64,000 bases of DNA from the human T2T-CHM13v2.0 reference genome, Homo sapiens. Of the stretch, positions 1-12,860 are shown piece by piece. Each line of letters opens with the position of its first letter. Position 1 is the stretch's first letter. The translations under genes and the position numbers were made by a program. The stretch lies in NCBI RefSeq assembly GCF_009914755.1, contig NC_060947.1. One strand, given 5' to 3'. Below the pieces are notes generated by a model. It was not told the origin of the DNA. It did not search any database and saw only the letters and a program-made list of their open reading frames with translations.

Positions 1-400
1 AGAAAAACTGAGTGAAGGACAAGATTCCTGAAAAACTGTTTCTCCTGGTGTACACTTATGACAGGAGAACATCCGCCTCAGTGAGATTGTCATAATGTAC
101 AACCTGCTATAAGAATATAACAGGCTGTTATATTCTTACTATCTCACCTATAAAACAAAGCAACATCTGGACACATTTAATTTAAAATACTTTAACAACA
201 ACAAAAAAAAAAACAGAGAAAGAGGGAAAACAAATCTTGAAGAATGCCACAGAAAGCAGGATACATTTTATATATATGGAAAAATGATAAAAATTTTAGC
301 AGACCTTTCTTCAGAAATTTCACAAGTGAAGAACGATGGAGTTATATCATAAAATGCTAATACCAAGCAAACATATCATTCAAAATGAAGGCAAAATAAA

Positions 401-2240
401 AGTCAGAGGATACAAAATCATCATGCAAAAATCAGTGGCATTCCTATACAAAACAACCGTCAAGCCAAAAGCCAAATCAGGAATAAACTCCCATTTGCAA
501 TTGCCTCATAAGTAATAAGATACCTAGGAATACAGCTAAAAAGCGAGGTGAAAGACCTTTACAAGGCGAACTACAAACCACTTTTCAAAGAAATCAGAGA
601 TGACACAAGCAAATGGAAAAATATTCAATGCTCATGTATAGAAAGCATCAATATTGTTAAAATGGCCATACTACCCAAAGCAATTGATAGATTCAGTGCT
701 TTTCCTATTAAACTACCATTGACATTCTGAGAAAACTATTTTAAAATCCATATGGAACCAAAAAAGAGCCTGAATAGCCAAGGCAGTCCTAAGCAAAAAG
801 AACAAAGCTGGAGGCATCATGCTACCCTGCTTCAAACTATACTACAAGGCTACAGTAATCAAACAGCATGACACCAGTACGAAAACAGGCACATAGACCA
901 ATAGAACAGAAAAGAGAACCCAGAAATAAGACTACATGCCTACAATTATCTGATCTTCAACAAACCTGACAAAAACAAGTGATGGGGAAAGGATTTCCTA
1001 TTCAATAAATGGTACTGAGATAACTGGCTAGCCACATGCTGAAGATTGGAACTATTTCTTTCTTGCATTTACTCAAGATGGGCTAAAGATTTAAATGTAG
1101 AACCCAAAACTATAAAAACCCCAGAAGATAACCTAGGCAATACCATTCAGGACATAAGCATGAGCAAAGATTTCATGGCGAAAACATCAAAAGCATTTGC
1201 AACAAAAGCAAAAACTGAAAATGGGATCTAATTAAACTAAAGAGCTTCTGCACAGCAAAAGAAACTATCAACAGAGTAAACAGGAAACCTATAGAATGGG
1301 AGGAAATTTTTGAAAATTATGCATCTGACAAAGGTCTAATGTCCAGCATCTATAAAGAACTTAAAAAAATTACAAGAAAAAAAACAACTGCATTAAAAAA
1401 TGAGCAAACAACATGAACAGACACTTCTCAAAAGAAGACATACATGTGACTAACAATCATTAAAAAAAATTCAACATCACTGATCATTAGAGAAAAACAA
1501 CTGAAAACCACAATAAGATACCATCTCATGCCAGTCAGAAAGGCTATTATTAAAAAGTCAAAAAATACCAGACGCTGGCAGGGTTGTGGAGAAAAGAGAA
1601 TGCTTATAAACTGTTGGTGGGTATGTAAATTAGTTCAGCCACTGGGGAAGACCATGTGGCAAATCCTCAAAGACCAAAAGACAAAAATATTATTACACCC
1701 AGCAATCCCATTACTAGGTATATACCCAAAGGAATAGAAATCATTCTATTATAAAGACACACACACACACACTCATTGCAGCACTATTCACAATAGCAAA
1801 AACATGGAATTAACCTAAATTCCCATCAATGATAGACTGAATAAAGAAAATATCATACATGTACACCATGGAATCCTATGGAGCCATAAAAAGGAATTAG
1901 ATAATGTCCTTTGCAGGGACATGGATGGAGCTGGAAGTCATTATCCTTAACAAACTAACACAGATACAGAAAACCAATACTGCATGTTCTCACTTATAGT
2001 TGGGAGTTAAATGATGAGAACACATAGACACACACAGTAGAACAACACACACTATGGCCTTTTTGAGGGCAGAGAGTGAAAGAAGGTAGAGGATCAGGAA
2101 AAATAATTAATAAGTACTAGGCTTAATACATGGATGATGAAGTAATCTGTATAACAAACACCAATCACACAAGTTTACCTATATAACAAACGTATACTCG
2201 TGACCCTGAACTTAAAATAAAAGTTAACAATAGAAAAAAA
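401..2240 (+). mobile_element. 5'-truncated L1PA13-16-type LINE-1 (ORF2 3' part + 3'UTR)
   Basis: ORF track fragments [16 protein letters not shown]..., ...[13 protein letters not shown]; 3'UTR aggatcaggaaaaataattaataagtactaggcttaatac; TSD core ggcaaaataa at 390-399 and 2245-2254. Confidence 0.9.
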
Positions 2241-2757
2241 TAATGGCAAAATAAGAACATTTTCAGACAAACATAAACTTATGTAATTTATTGACAGCAG
2301 ACTCACACTATAATAAATGTTAAAGAAAGTTCTTCAGGCAAAAGCAATATTATATTAAACACTTGGATCTATACAAATAAATGAAGACCACTGATAGTAG
2401 AAGAAATGAATTTAAATACAAAACTGATTTTTGCTCTCATTTTTAATTTATCTAAAGATAACTCACTAAACTAAAAATGGTAGTAACAAATTGTGTTTAT
2501 AACATTTACAAAACAAAATGAATATCAGTAGCACAAAAGATAAGAGGGAAGAATTGGGAGTATACTATGGTAAGAAAGGAGGACTTAGTAGTATACTGTA
2601 GTAAGGAGAGGGGGTGTAATTGGAAGTATACTGCAGTAAGTTCTTTGTAATACACATGAAATGGTATAATGGTATTTAAACAAAATAAAATAAATAATGG
2701 ATAAATCCAAAGCAAAGATTAAAATATGAAAACATATACAAAGAGAATGAGGAAATA

Positions 2758-3065
2758 TAGTAGTCTCACCTTATCTGTGATTTCATCTTCTTTTCAAAAA
2801 TATTACATGGAAAATTTCAGAAATAATTCACACATTTAAAAGTGCACACCATTCTGAGTAATGTGATGACATCTCCTGCTGTCCCGCTGCATCCTGCCCA
2901 GGTCATGAATCTTCCACTTGTCTAGCATACCCACACTATATACACTACCCTCTCATTACTGTGCAAGGAAAAACATAGTGTATGTGAGGTGTTTTCCTAC
3001 CAGCGATTTCAGGCATCCACACAGGGTCTTGAAACATTTACCCTGCAAATAAAAGAGGCACTATT
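2758..3065 (+). mobile_element. MER44A-like (TcMar-Tigger) non-autonomous DNA transposon
   Basis: Decayed TIRs tagtagtctcaccttatc ... aataaaagaggcactat; internal tttcaggcatccac-agggtcttgaaac and ttctgagtaatgtgatga motifs. Confidence 0.75.
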
Positions 3066-3899
3066 TTAATGAGAAAACTCAAGATGATAGATTTTAATCC
3101 AAGCATGTCAATCATTTTTAAAAATATAAATTGCCTAAGCTCATCAATTTAAGGACATATATTGTTAGGTTAGATAAAATAATGAAGAGTCAGCTATATG
3201 TAGTCTTAAGCCAATTTTAACTATACAGCCACATATAGGTTAAAAGTGTGTGTAAGAGTGTGCATGTGTGTATCTCTGTATATACACTAATAAAAATAAA
3301 GTTGTGGTAGTTTATTAATAGCAAGCAAAATACACTTTACAACAACGGATATTACCAAGGATAAAGAAAGACGCTACATAATAATAGTCGGTTCTCCAAG
3401 AAGACATAATAATCTTAAGTATTTGTGTATTGAACAACATAGTTTCAAAATAAATGAAGAACAAACTGATGGATCTGATAGGATAACTAGACAGATTAAC
3501 AATTGCAGTTGGGTAGTTTAACACTTTCTCTTGATAACTGATAGAAAAAATATGCAGAAAATCAGTAAGTGTATAGAAGACTTGAACAACACTATTCAAA
3601 AACTGGCCTAATTGACATTTTAGACCACTCTATCCAATAGCAAGAGAATATTCAGTATTTTCTAATGCACAAAGAACGTTAACCAAGATAGATCAAATTC
3701 TGGGCAATGAAACAAAATTTAGAAATTAAAATATAATAGAAATCAGTGAAATTGAGAAGAAAAAAATAGAGAAAACAATGAAATTAAAAGCTTTTGTTGA
3801 GAGGAGCTGAGAAGCTGATGAGCCACTAGCCAAATTCACCAAGATAAAAAGAATATGAAATATTTAGTGTTAGGAATGAGCAAGAAGACATCATTCATA

Positions 3900-4610
3900 T
3901 AAATTGAAAATGGCTATTCACCTAAAAACCTGTGTGAAAATGTTCATAGCATCTGTATTTGCAATCATCCAAAGCTAGGATCAACCTAAATGTTTCTCAA
4001 CTAGGGAACGGATAAAAAGCATTGCAGTACATCAGTTCTACCCCATATTAAAATGATATGAACTCTTGGCACACACAATGTGAATGAAACTTGAATGCAT
4101 TTATCTCAAAAGAAGAAAGCAGACTAAAAATGTTGCATGCTCTATGAGTCTGTTTTCATGGCATTTTTGCAAAGTCAAAACTGAAAGAACAGAATACAAT
4201 TAAGTGGCTGCTAGTAGACAGGGTGGAGTGTGGGGTGAGTACAAACAAGGAATTTGAGGAGGTGAAAACACTGTTCTGTGTCTTGATTGTGGTGGTGGTT
4301 ACATTACTGTATACATTGGCCAAAACTCAAAGAACTATACATTAAAGTGGGTGAATCTTTCTGTATGTAAATTGTACCTTAAAATAATAGAAAATCATAC
4401 TCTTCATTAAAACTAGTCTCTGGTGATTGAAACCCAAAAAGTGGTGCTTCTTACAGTGAGGAGAGAGGTAGTGATTAAATGGAAAAGTGGATAAGGGAAA
4501 TCTCTGGAATGATAACATTGTTCTGTATCTTGGCATATATACACCAAAACTGGCTGAGCTGAACATTCATGGTATATAAATTATACCTCATTTAAAAATG
4601 TTAAAAAATA
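3900..4610 (+). mobile_element. Old L1MD/ME 3'-end fragments (two 3' ends)
   Basis: aatgttcatagcatc...cttgattgtggtggtggttac...aaaactcaaagaactatac...gtatgtaaattgtacctt; second 3' end gtatataaattatacctca near 4570-4590. Confidence 0.7.
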
Positions 4611-7600
4611 AGCTTTCACTTCTAATTGATTTAATTAAATAAGAAAATAAAAATGCTGCTTGCAATAGTAAGTTATTTTTCTATGCTGAATTGTTGTGTA
4701 AGTTTTCCGATGAAAAGATGTCAGCAAAACTGGCCATTATTTAAAAATTGAAGATTCATTTTTACTTTTCAACAGATCTTCTCTCCCACTCCCACCAGAT
4801 TCTTGGAGAAGAAAGTCTAATCAATTTAAGACAAGTTTTTCTCATTAATAACACATAGTGATATAAATTTTAAATTAAAATTTTTATGCTGATTCTTCTA
4901 TGTTCTTATGTTCTTCAAAAAATGTATTTTGCAGAACATGCCTAAAAAGGCAATTTGAAAAAACAATATGGATCTAAGGTACTAAAATTTCTAACATCCA
5001 GCATAGGTTCTGAAATTTAATGTGCCACTTCAAATACATGGAGCAAGGAGATGGAACAAGGTGGTGGAATAGAAGTATTCACTAACCGTCCCCCCAGCAA
5101 GTACACCAATTTAACAACTGTCTACACAGAAAAAAAAAGCCGTCATAAGAACCAAAAATTAGATGAGCACTCATAGTACCTGATTTTAACTTCATATCCC
5201 TGAAAGAGGCACTGAAGATATAGAAAAAACAGTCCTAAATCAGTGACGCCACCCCTCCCCAACCCCACCCACAGCAGCAGCCTGGTGGAAACAGCATCTC
5301 TGGGTGCATGGAGAGAAAGCACACAGCAATTATGAGGCACTGAACTCAGTGCTGTCCTGTTAGAGCAAAAAGGAAAACTGGATCAAACTCAACTAATGAC
5401 TGCCAATAAAGGGAGCATTTAAACCAGCCCTAGCCGGAGAAGAATCGCTTATCCCAGAGGTCCAAACTTGAGTCCCCACAAACTTCTCTACTTAGGGCCA
5501 AAGTGCTTTCAAGTAAACTTGAAAGTCAGTCTAGGCCATAAGGAATGCAACTCTTGGTTGAGTCTTAGGGCTGAACTAGGCCCAGAGCCAGAAACCTGGG
5601 GAGGCACATGACTCACTGACACTGCTGGGCAAGCCAAGAAAGTGCTGGCATTATCCTTCCTCTAAGCTCAAGCTGCACAGCTCATGGCTCCAAAACAGAC
5701 CTCTTCCTTCCACTTGAGGAGAGAAGAAGGAAGAGTGGGGAGGACTTTATGTTGGGTCTTGGAAACAGCTCAGCCTCAGCAAGGTAGGGCACCAGTCAGA
5801 ATAATGAGACCCCCATTCCAGTCCATAGCTCTCAGATAACATTTCTAGACAAACCCTGGACCAGAAGAGAACTGGCTACCTTGAAGGAAAGGACCCAGTC
5901 CTGCCAGCATTTATCATCTGCTAAATGAAGAGCGCTTGGGCCCTGAATAACCCACAGCAATACCCAGATACTACATTGAAGGCCTTGGTGAGCCTCTGAG
6001 ACTTATGGGCTCTATGTAAGGCTCAGCACATTTCCAGTTGTGGTGGCTATGGGGCGACACTCCTGCTTGACAAAAGCACAGGGAAAAGTAAAGAGGACTT
6101 TGTCTTGAACCTTAGGTACCAGCACAGCCACAGGGCAGTAGAGCTGGATCCCAAAGAGGCTCCTGGGGTCCCTGATTTCAGGGCTTGATGCTGGCATGGC
6201 ACTTCTGGACCCGTCCTGGGCCAGAGCAGAGCTCACTGCCCTAAAGGGTGAGTCCCAGGACAGGCAGAATTCACAGCAAGCTGACATAAGAGAACTTGGG
6301 CCTTAAGGGAACATTGGCAGTATTCTGGCAGTACTCCTAATGGCCTGGGGTAGCCACGGATATGGGATGAGGTTCTTCTGCCTCTAGAAAGGAATAGCAA
6401 CAGTGGAAAAAATGGCATCTCATGGTTTGAGTGCAAGATTAGATTAGCTGCAGTATAATAGAACGCCAGGTAAGCTTTTCTAAGATTTATGACTCTAGTC
6501 TCTGACTCCTGGAGGGCTCTATGGACCCACAGGGGACTTAGGAAATTCACCACTCTGAAGGGAAAAACACAAGTCTGGCTGGCTTTGCTACCTGCTGATG
6601 ATGGAGCCCCAGAGCCTTGAGAAAACATAGGTAGTAGCCATGAAGTGTTTACAGAAGGCCTTGGGTGAGACCTAGAACTGTGCTAGCTTCAGGTCAAACC
6701 TAGCACAGTCATAGTGGCGGTGGCCACAAGGTTGCTTATGTCACTTCACTCCAAGCTTTATGCAGCTCACAACAAACAGAGGAATTCTGCTTGTTTAGAA
6801 CAAAGTAAGAAAAGAGAACAAGAGTCTTCTTCTGGTAATCCAGAGAATTCTACTGGAGCTTGTCCAAAAACATCAAGGTGATACATCAACGAGTAAGAAA
6901 GAACCACAGCATTATTGAGCTTAGGTTTCCCATAAAGCATACACAGCTTAGATCAAAACACTGAAGTCCTCCCAAATATCTGGAAAGCCTTCCCTAGAAG
7001 AATGGCTACAAGTAATTCTAGACAGTGAAGACTAAAATGAATACCTAACTCTTAAATGTTAAGACACTGAAGAACATCTACTAGCATCAACAACATCCAG
7101 GAAAATATGACCTCACAAAATGAACTAAATATAGCACCAGGGAAAAATCCTAGGGAAACAGAGATGTATGATCTTTCAGACAGAGAATTCAAAATAGCTC
7201 TGTTGAGGAAATGAAAAGAGATTCAAGATAACCTAAAGAAGGAATTCAGAATCCTATCAGACAAAATTAACAAAGAGATAGAAATAATTTAAAAGAACCA
7301 AACAGAAATTCTGGAGCTGAAAAAATGTACTTGGCATGCTGAAGAATGTATCAAAGTCCTTTAACAGAAGAATGGATCAAGGAGAAGGAAGAATTAGTGA
7401 GCTTGAAGACAGGCTATTTGGAAATACACAATCAGAGGACACAAAAGAAAGAAGAATAAAAAGCAATGAAGCATGCTTACAGGATCTAAGAAAATAGCCT
7501 CAGAAGGGCAAGTCTAAGAGTTATTGGCCTTAAAGAGGAGGTAGAGAAAGAGAGGGGTACAAAATTTATTGAAAATGATAATAACAGAGAACTTACCAAA

Positions 7601-9123
7601 CCCAGAGAAAGATATTAATATCCAAATACAAGAAGGTTACAGAACATCAGACTTAATGCAAAGAAGATTACCTCAAGGCATTTAATAATCAAACTCCCAA
7701 AGGTCAATGATAAAAAAAGCGTTCTAAAAGTAGCAAAAGAAAAGAAACAAATAACATACAAGGGAGCTCCAATACATCTGGCAACAGACTCATTGGAAAC
7801 CTTACAGGCCAGGAGAGAGTGGCATGACATATTTAAACTGCTGAAAGAAAAAAGCTTTTACACTAGAATATTATATCTGGAAAAAATATCCTTCAGACAT
7901 GAAGGAGAAATAAAGACTTTTTCAGACAAACAGAAGCTGAGGGATTTCATCAACACCAGGCCCGCCCTACAAGAAATGCTAAAGGGAGTACGTTAATCAG
8001 ACAGAAAAGTACATTAATGAGCAATAAGTAGTCACCTGAGGGTACATAACTCACTGGTAATAGTAAGTACACAGAAAAACACAGAATATTATAACACTGT
8101 AACTGTGGTGTGTAAAATACTTTTGTCCTATGTAGAAAGATTACACAGTTAACCAATTAAAAATAATAATTACAACTGTTCCAGGGGGTCAATAAAGAAA
8201 TTAAGAAGGAAATTGAAAAATTCTTGAAAGAAATGATACTGGAAACACAACATACTGTAACCTATCAGCTAGAACAAAAGCAGTACTTGGAGGGAAGTTT
8301 GTTGCTGTAAACGCCTACATCAATCAAGAAAAGAATTTCAAATAAACAATTTAATGATGCATCTTAAAGAAAAGCAAAAGCAAACCAAAAACAAAATTAG
8401 TAGAAGAAAAGAACTAATAAACATCAGGGCAGGAATAATTCAAATTAGAATAAAAAATAATGCAAAAGGTCAGTAAAACAAAAAGTTGGGTTAGGTTTTT
8501 TGAAAGGTAAAAGAATGGAGAAAACTGTAGCCAGAATAACAAAAAAAGGGAAGATATATGTAAAATCAGAGATAAAAAAGAAGACATTACAACTGATACT
8601 ACAGAAATTCAAAGGATCATTAGTGGCTACTATGAGCAACTATATGCCAGTGAATTGGAAAATCTAGAAAAAATGGACAAATTCCTAGAAACATAAAACC
8701 TACAATGACTGAACCAGGAAAAAATGCAAAACCTGAACAGATTAATAACAAGTAATGAGTTTGAAGCTGTAATAAAAAGTCTTTTAGTAAAGAAAAGCCC
8801 AGGACCCACTGGCTTCACTGGTGAATTCTACCAAACATTAAAAGAGGAGCTAATACCAACCCTACTCAAACTTTTCCAAAAATTAAAAGTGGAGAGAGTA
8901 CTTCCAAACTAATTCCACAAGGCCAGTATTACCCTGATACCAAAACAAGACAAAGAACATTGAAAAAAGAAAACTACAGACCAATATATCTGGTGATTAT
9001 TGATGCAAAAGCAAATCTAATTCAACTGTATGTTATAAAGATCACTCATCATGACCAAGTGGGATTTATCCCTGATTTGCAAGGATGGTTCAACAAAAGC
9101 AAATCAATCAATCTGATACAATC

Positions 9124-9644
9124 CAGTGGCCCCTAACCTTTTTGGCACCAGGAACTTGTTTCTTGGAAGACAATTTTCCCATGGACCCGTGGAGGGGGAT
9201 GGTTTCAGGATGATTCAAGCTCATTACATTTATTGTGCACTTTATTTCTATTATTATTACATTGTAATGTACAATGATATAATTGTACAACTCATCATAA
9301 TGTAGAATCAGTGGGAGCCCTGAGCTTGTTTTCCTGAAACTAGATGGTGCCATCTGGGGGGGATGGGAGACAGTGATAGATCATAAGGCATTAGATTCTC
9401 ATAAGCAGTGTGTAACCTACATCCCTCAAATGTGCAGTTCACAAAAGGGTTCGTGTTCCTGTGAGAATCTAACGGTGCTGCTGATCTGACATTAGGCGGA
9501 ACCCAGGTGACAATGCAAGTGATAGGGGGTAGCTGTAAATACAGATGAAGCTTCACTTACTTACTCATCGCTCACGTCCTGCTGTACATCCCCGTTCCTA
9601 ACAGGCTACGAACCATACCATGGCCTAGGAATTGGGTACCCCAG
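9124..9644 (+). mobile_element. MER1A (hAT-Charlie) inserted in L1MA ORF2
   Basis: Ends cagtggcccctaacctttttggcaccagg ... attgggtaccccag; ~520 bp; L1 sequence resumes on the other side. Confidence 0.85.
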
Positions 9645-10026
9645 TGGTACATCATATCAAGGGAATGAAGAATAAAACTCATATAATCATTTCAGTTAAT
9701 GCTGAAAATGTATTTGATAACATTGAACATCCTTTATCATGAAAACTCTCAAAAAACAGGATAGAAAGAACACACCTCAACATAATAAAGGCCATATATG
9801 ATAGACCTACACTAGTATCATAATAAATAGGGAAAAACTGAAATCCTTTCCTCTACATCTGTAACAAGACAAAGATTCCCACTTTCATCACGTTTATTCA
9901 ACGTAGTGCTGAAAGTTCTAGCTAGAGCAATCAGAAGAAAAAAACAAAACAAAGATATACAGGGCATCCAAACTGGAAAGGAAGAAGTCAAATTATCCTT
10001 GTTTGCAGATAATATAATCTTACATT

Positions 10027-10461
10027 TAGCAAAGACTTGGAACCAATCCAAATGTCCAACAATGATAGACTGGATTAAGAAAATGTGGCACATATACACC
10101 GTGGAATACTATGCAGCCATAAAAAATGATGAGTTCATGTCCTTTGTAGGGACATGGATGAAACTGGAAATCATCATTCTCAGTAAACTATCGCAAGAAC
10201 TAAAAACCAAACACCGCATATTCTCACTCATAGGTGGGAATTGAACAATGAGATCACATGGACACAGGAAGAGGAATATCACACTCTGGGGACTGTTGTG
10301 GGGTGGGGGGAGGGGGGAGGGATAGCATCGGGAGATATACCTAATGCTAGATGACGAGTTAGTGGGTGCAGCGCACCAGCATGGCACATGTATACATATG
10401 TAACTAACCTGCACATTGTGCACATGTACCCTAAAACTTAAAGTATAATAATAAAAAAAAA
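10027..10461 (+). mobile_element. Young L1PA2-type 3' fragment with poly(A)
   Basis: ORF2 end ...[13 protein letters not shown]; 3'UTR gagatcacatggac, gctagatgacgagttagtgggtgcagcgcacc (GAG, not the L1HS ACA/ACG); G-rich tract ~10300-10322; retained CpGs. Confidence 0.9.
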
Positions 10462-12387
10462 AGAAAAGCCTAAAGATTCCAAAAGAAAACTGTTAGAACG
10501 GATAAACAATTTCAGTAAAATTGAAGAATACAAAATCAATATAAAAAATCAGAAGTATTTCTGTATCCAAACAGAGAACAATCTGAAAAAGAAATTTAAC
10601 AAGTAATTCAATTTATAATAGCCACACATAAAATTAAACACCTAGGAATTAACCAAGGAAGTAAAAGATCTCTATAATAAAGACTATAAAACACTGATGA
10701 GTGAAATTGTAGAGGACACAAAGAAATGGAAAAATATTCCATGTTCATGGATTTGAAGGATCAATATTGTTAACACGGTCCTACTATTCAAAGCAACCTA
10801 CAGATTCAATGAAATTCCTATTAAAATACCAATGACATTATTCACAGAAATAAAAAAAATTATAAAATCTATGTGAAACCAAAGAAGACCCAAAATAGCC
10901 GAAGCTATCCTAAGCAAAAAGAACAAAATTGGAAGAATGATATTATCTGACTTCACATTATGCTACAGAACTATAGTAATCAAAACAGCATTGTACTGGC
11001 ATAAAAACAGACAAAAAGACTAATGGAACAGAATAGAGAACCCAGAAACAAATTCACCCACCTACAGTGAGCTCATTTTTGACAAGGTGGCAGAAACATA
11101 CACTGGGGAAAAGACAGCCTTTTCAATAAATGGTGCTGGGAAAACTGCACATCCATATGCAGAAGAATAAATCTAGACCAAATATCTCACGTTATACAAA
11201 AAAAAAAATCAAGTAAAAATGTATTAAACAAACATTTAAATCTAAGACCTCAAACTATGAAACTACTGCAAGAAAACATTGGGGAAAATCTCCAGGAGAT
11301 TTGGTCTGGGCAAAAATGTCTTGAGCAATAATACTCCACAAACACAGGCAACAAAAGCAAGCAGGAGTAAATGGAATTACATCAACTTAAAAAGCTTCTG
11401 CACAGCAAAGGGTACAATCAACAAAATGAAGGGACAACCTACAAAATGGGAGAAAATATTTGCAAACTACCTATCTGAGAAGGGATTAATACCGATATTA
11501 TATATAAGGAGCTCAAACAACTCTATAGGAAAGAAAAATCTGATTTTAAAAATGGGCAAAATATTTGAATAGACATTTCTCAAAATAAGTCATACAAATA
11601 GCAAAAACGCATATTAAAAGATGCTCAACATCATGAATCATCAGAGAAATGTAAATAAAAACTATAATGGAATATCATTTCACTCCAGTTAAAATGGCTT
11701 ATATAAAAAAGAGGGGTTATAATGAATGTTGGTGAGGATGTGAAGAAAAGGGAATCCTCGTACACTGTTAGTGGAAAGGTAAATTAGGGTGGAGATATAA
11801 ATACAACTACTATGGAGAAAATTTTCGGATTCCTCTAAAAACTAAAATTTGGACTACCACGTAATCCACCATTTCTACTGCTGGATATATACCTAAAAGA
11901 ATGGAAATCAGTATATCAAAGAGATCTCTGCACTACTATGTTTACTGCAGCACTGTTTGTGATAGCTAAATTTGGAAGCAAAGTAAGAGTCCATCGACAG
12001 ATGAATAAAGAAAGAAAACATGGTGCTTGTACACAATGGAGTACTATTCAGCATAGAAAATAATGGGATCCTATCATTTGCAACAACATGGGTGGAACTG
12101 GAGATTATTATGTTAAGTGAAATAAGCCAGGCACAGAAAGACAAACTTCACATGTTCTCACTTATTTGTAGAATCTAAAAATTAAAACAATTGAATTCAT
12201 GGAGATACAGAGTAGAAGGATGGTAACCAGAGGCTGGGAATAGTAATGGGAAGTTGGGGAGTGGGCAGGAAGTTGGTGATATTTAATTGGTACAATAAAT
12301 TGTTATTGAGAATAAATAAGATCTACTATTCAATAGTACAAGAGAGTGACTATACTCAATAATAAATTGTACATTTTAAAATAACTA

Positions 12388-12422
12388 ATCACTTCTTGGC
12401 CTTTTGGCTAAGATCAAGTGTA
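12388..12422 (+). pseudogene. 3'-truncated (tailless) U2 snRNA retropseudogene, U2 nt 1-35
   Basis: atcacttcttggccttttggctaagatcaagtgta vs U2 ATCGCTTCTCGGCCTTTTGGCTAAGATCAAGTGTA (two CpG-decay changes); flanked by aaaataacta / aagataacta. Confidence 0.93.
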
Positions 12423-12639
12423 AGATAACTAAAGTAATGTAATTGGATTTTTTGGTAACACAAAGGATAAATGCATAAATGGATAGCTATCTCATTCTCA
12501 ATATTGTGATTATTTTACATTGCATGCCTGTATCAAAGCATCTCATAAATTCCATAACTATATACACCTATTATGTACCCACAAAAATTTAAAAATTTAA
12601 AAAAATACTTGAATTGGCTCTCACTCTGTTCTTAACATT

Positions 12640-12860
12640 TGCTACAAAAGTAAATCTTAAGTGTCCTCAATGCATAGACACACACACACATACAGACACA
12701 CACAATGTGCAACTATATGTGGTGATGAATGTATTGATTAATTTGTGGTAATTATTACCCAATGAATACATATATCAAATCATAACATTGTACAACTCAA
12801 ATATATACAATTTTTAATGTCAATTGTACCTCAGTAAAGTTGGACAAAATAAAATAAAAT
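12640..12860 (+). mobile_element. L1MA9/MB-like 3'-end fragment with CA-rich tract
   Basis: aagtaaatcttaagtgtcctca...atacatatatcaaatcataacattgtaca...tgtcaattgtacctcagtaaag. Confidence 0.7.

Larger units (their letters stand above)
210..3900 (+). mobile_element. Ancient L1M (L1MC/MD/ME-like) ORF1 3' part, inter-ORF and decayed ORF2 endonuclease region; interrupted by a younger L1 (401-2240) and MER44A
   Basis: ORF1 C-terminal signature is split across the insertion: ...caaaatgaaggcaaaataa | ggcaaaataagaacattttcagacaaac...aatgttaaagaaagttcttcaggca. EN-like sequence at 3300-3720 (ccaagaagacataataatc, gaagacttgaacaacactatt). Confidence 0.75.
5041..12602 (+). mobile_element. Near-full-length decayed L1MA1-3 element (~2 kb 5'UTR, ORF1 ~7040-7996, ORF2 lacking EN, 3'UTR); hosts MER1A, L1PA2 and U2 inserts
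   Basis: L1M1-type 5' end (caaggtggtggaatagaag...caccaatttaacaact); ORF1 peptide ETLQARREWHDIFKLLKEK; ORF2 peptides [16 protein letters not shown] and [11 protein letters not shown]; L1MA2/3 3'UTR gtaacacaaaggataaatgc...tatgtacccacaaaaattt; probable TSD aaatacatg (5032-5040) / aaatacttg (12603-12611). Confidence 0.9.

Noticed and set aside
12388-12422. Functional U2 snRNA gene
   Set aside because: Only 35 nt; no Sm site, no snRNA promoter elements or 3' box; flanked by a TSD.
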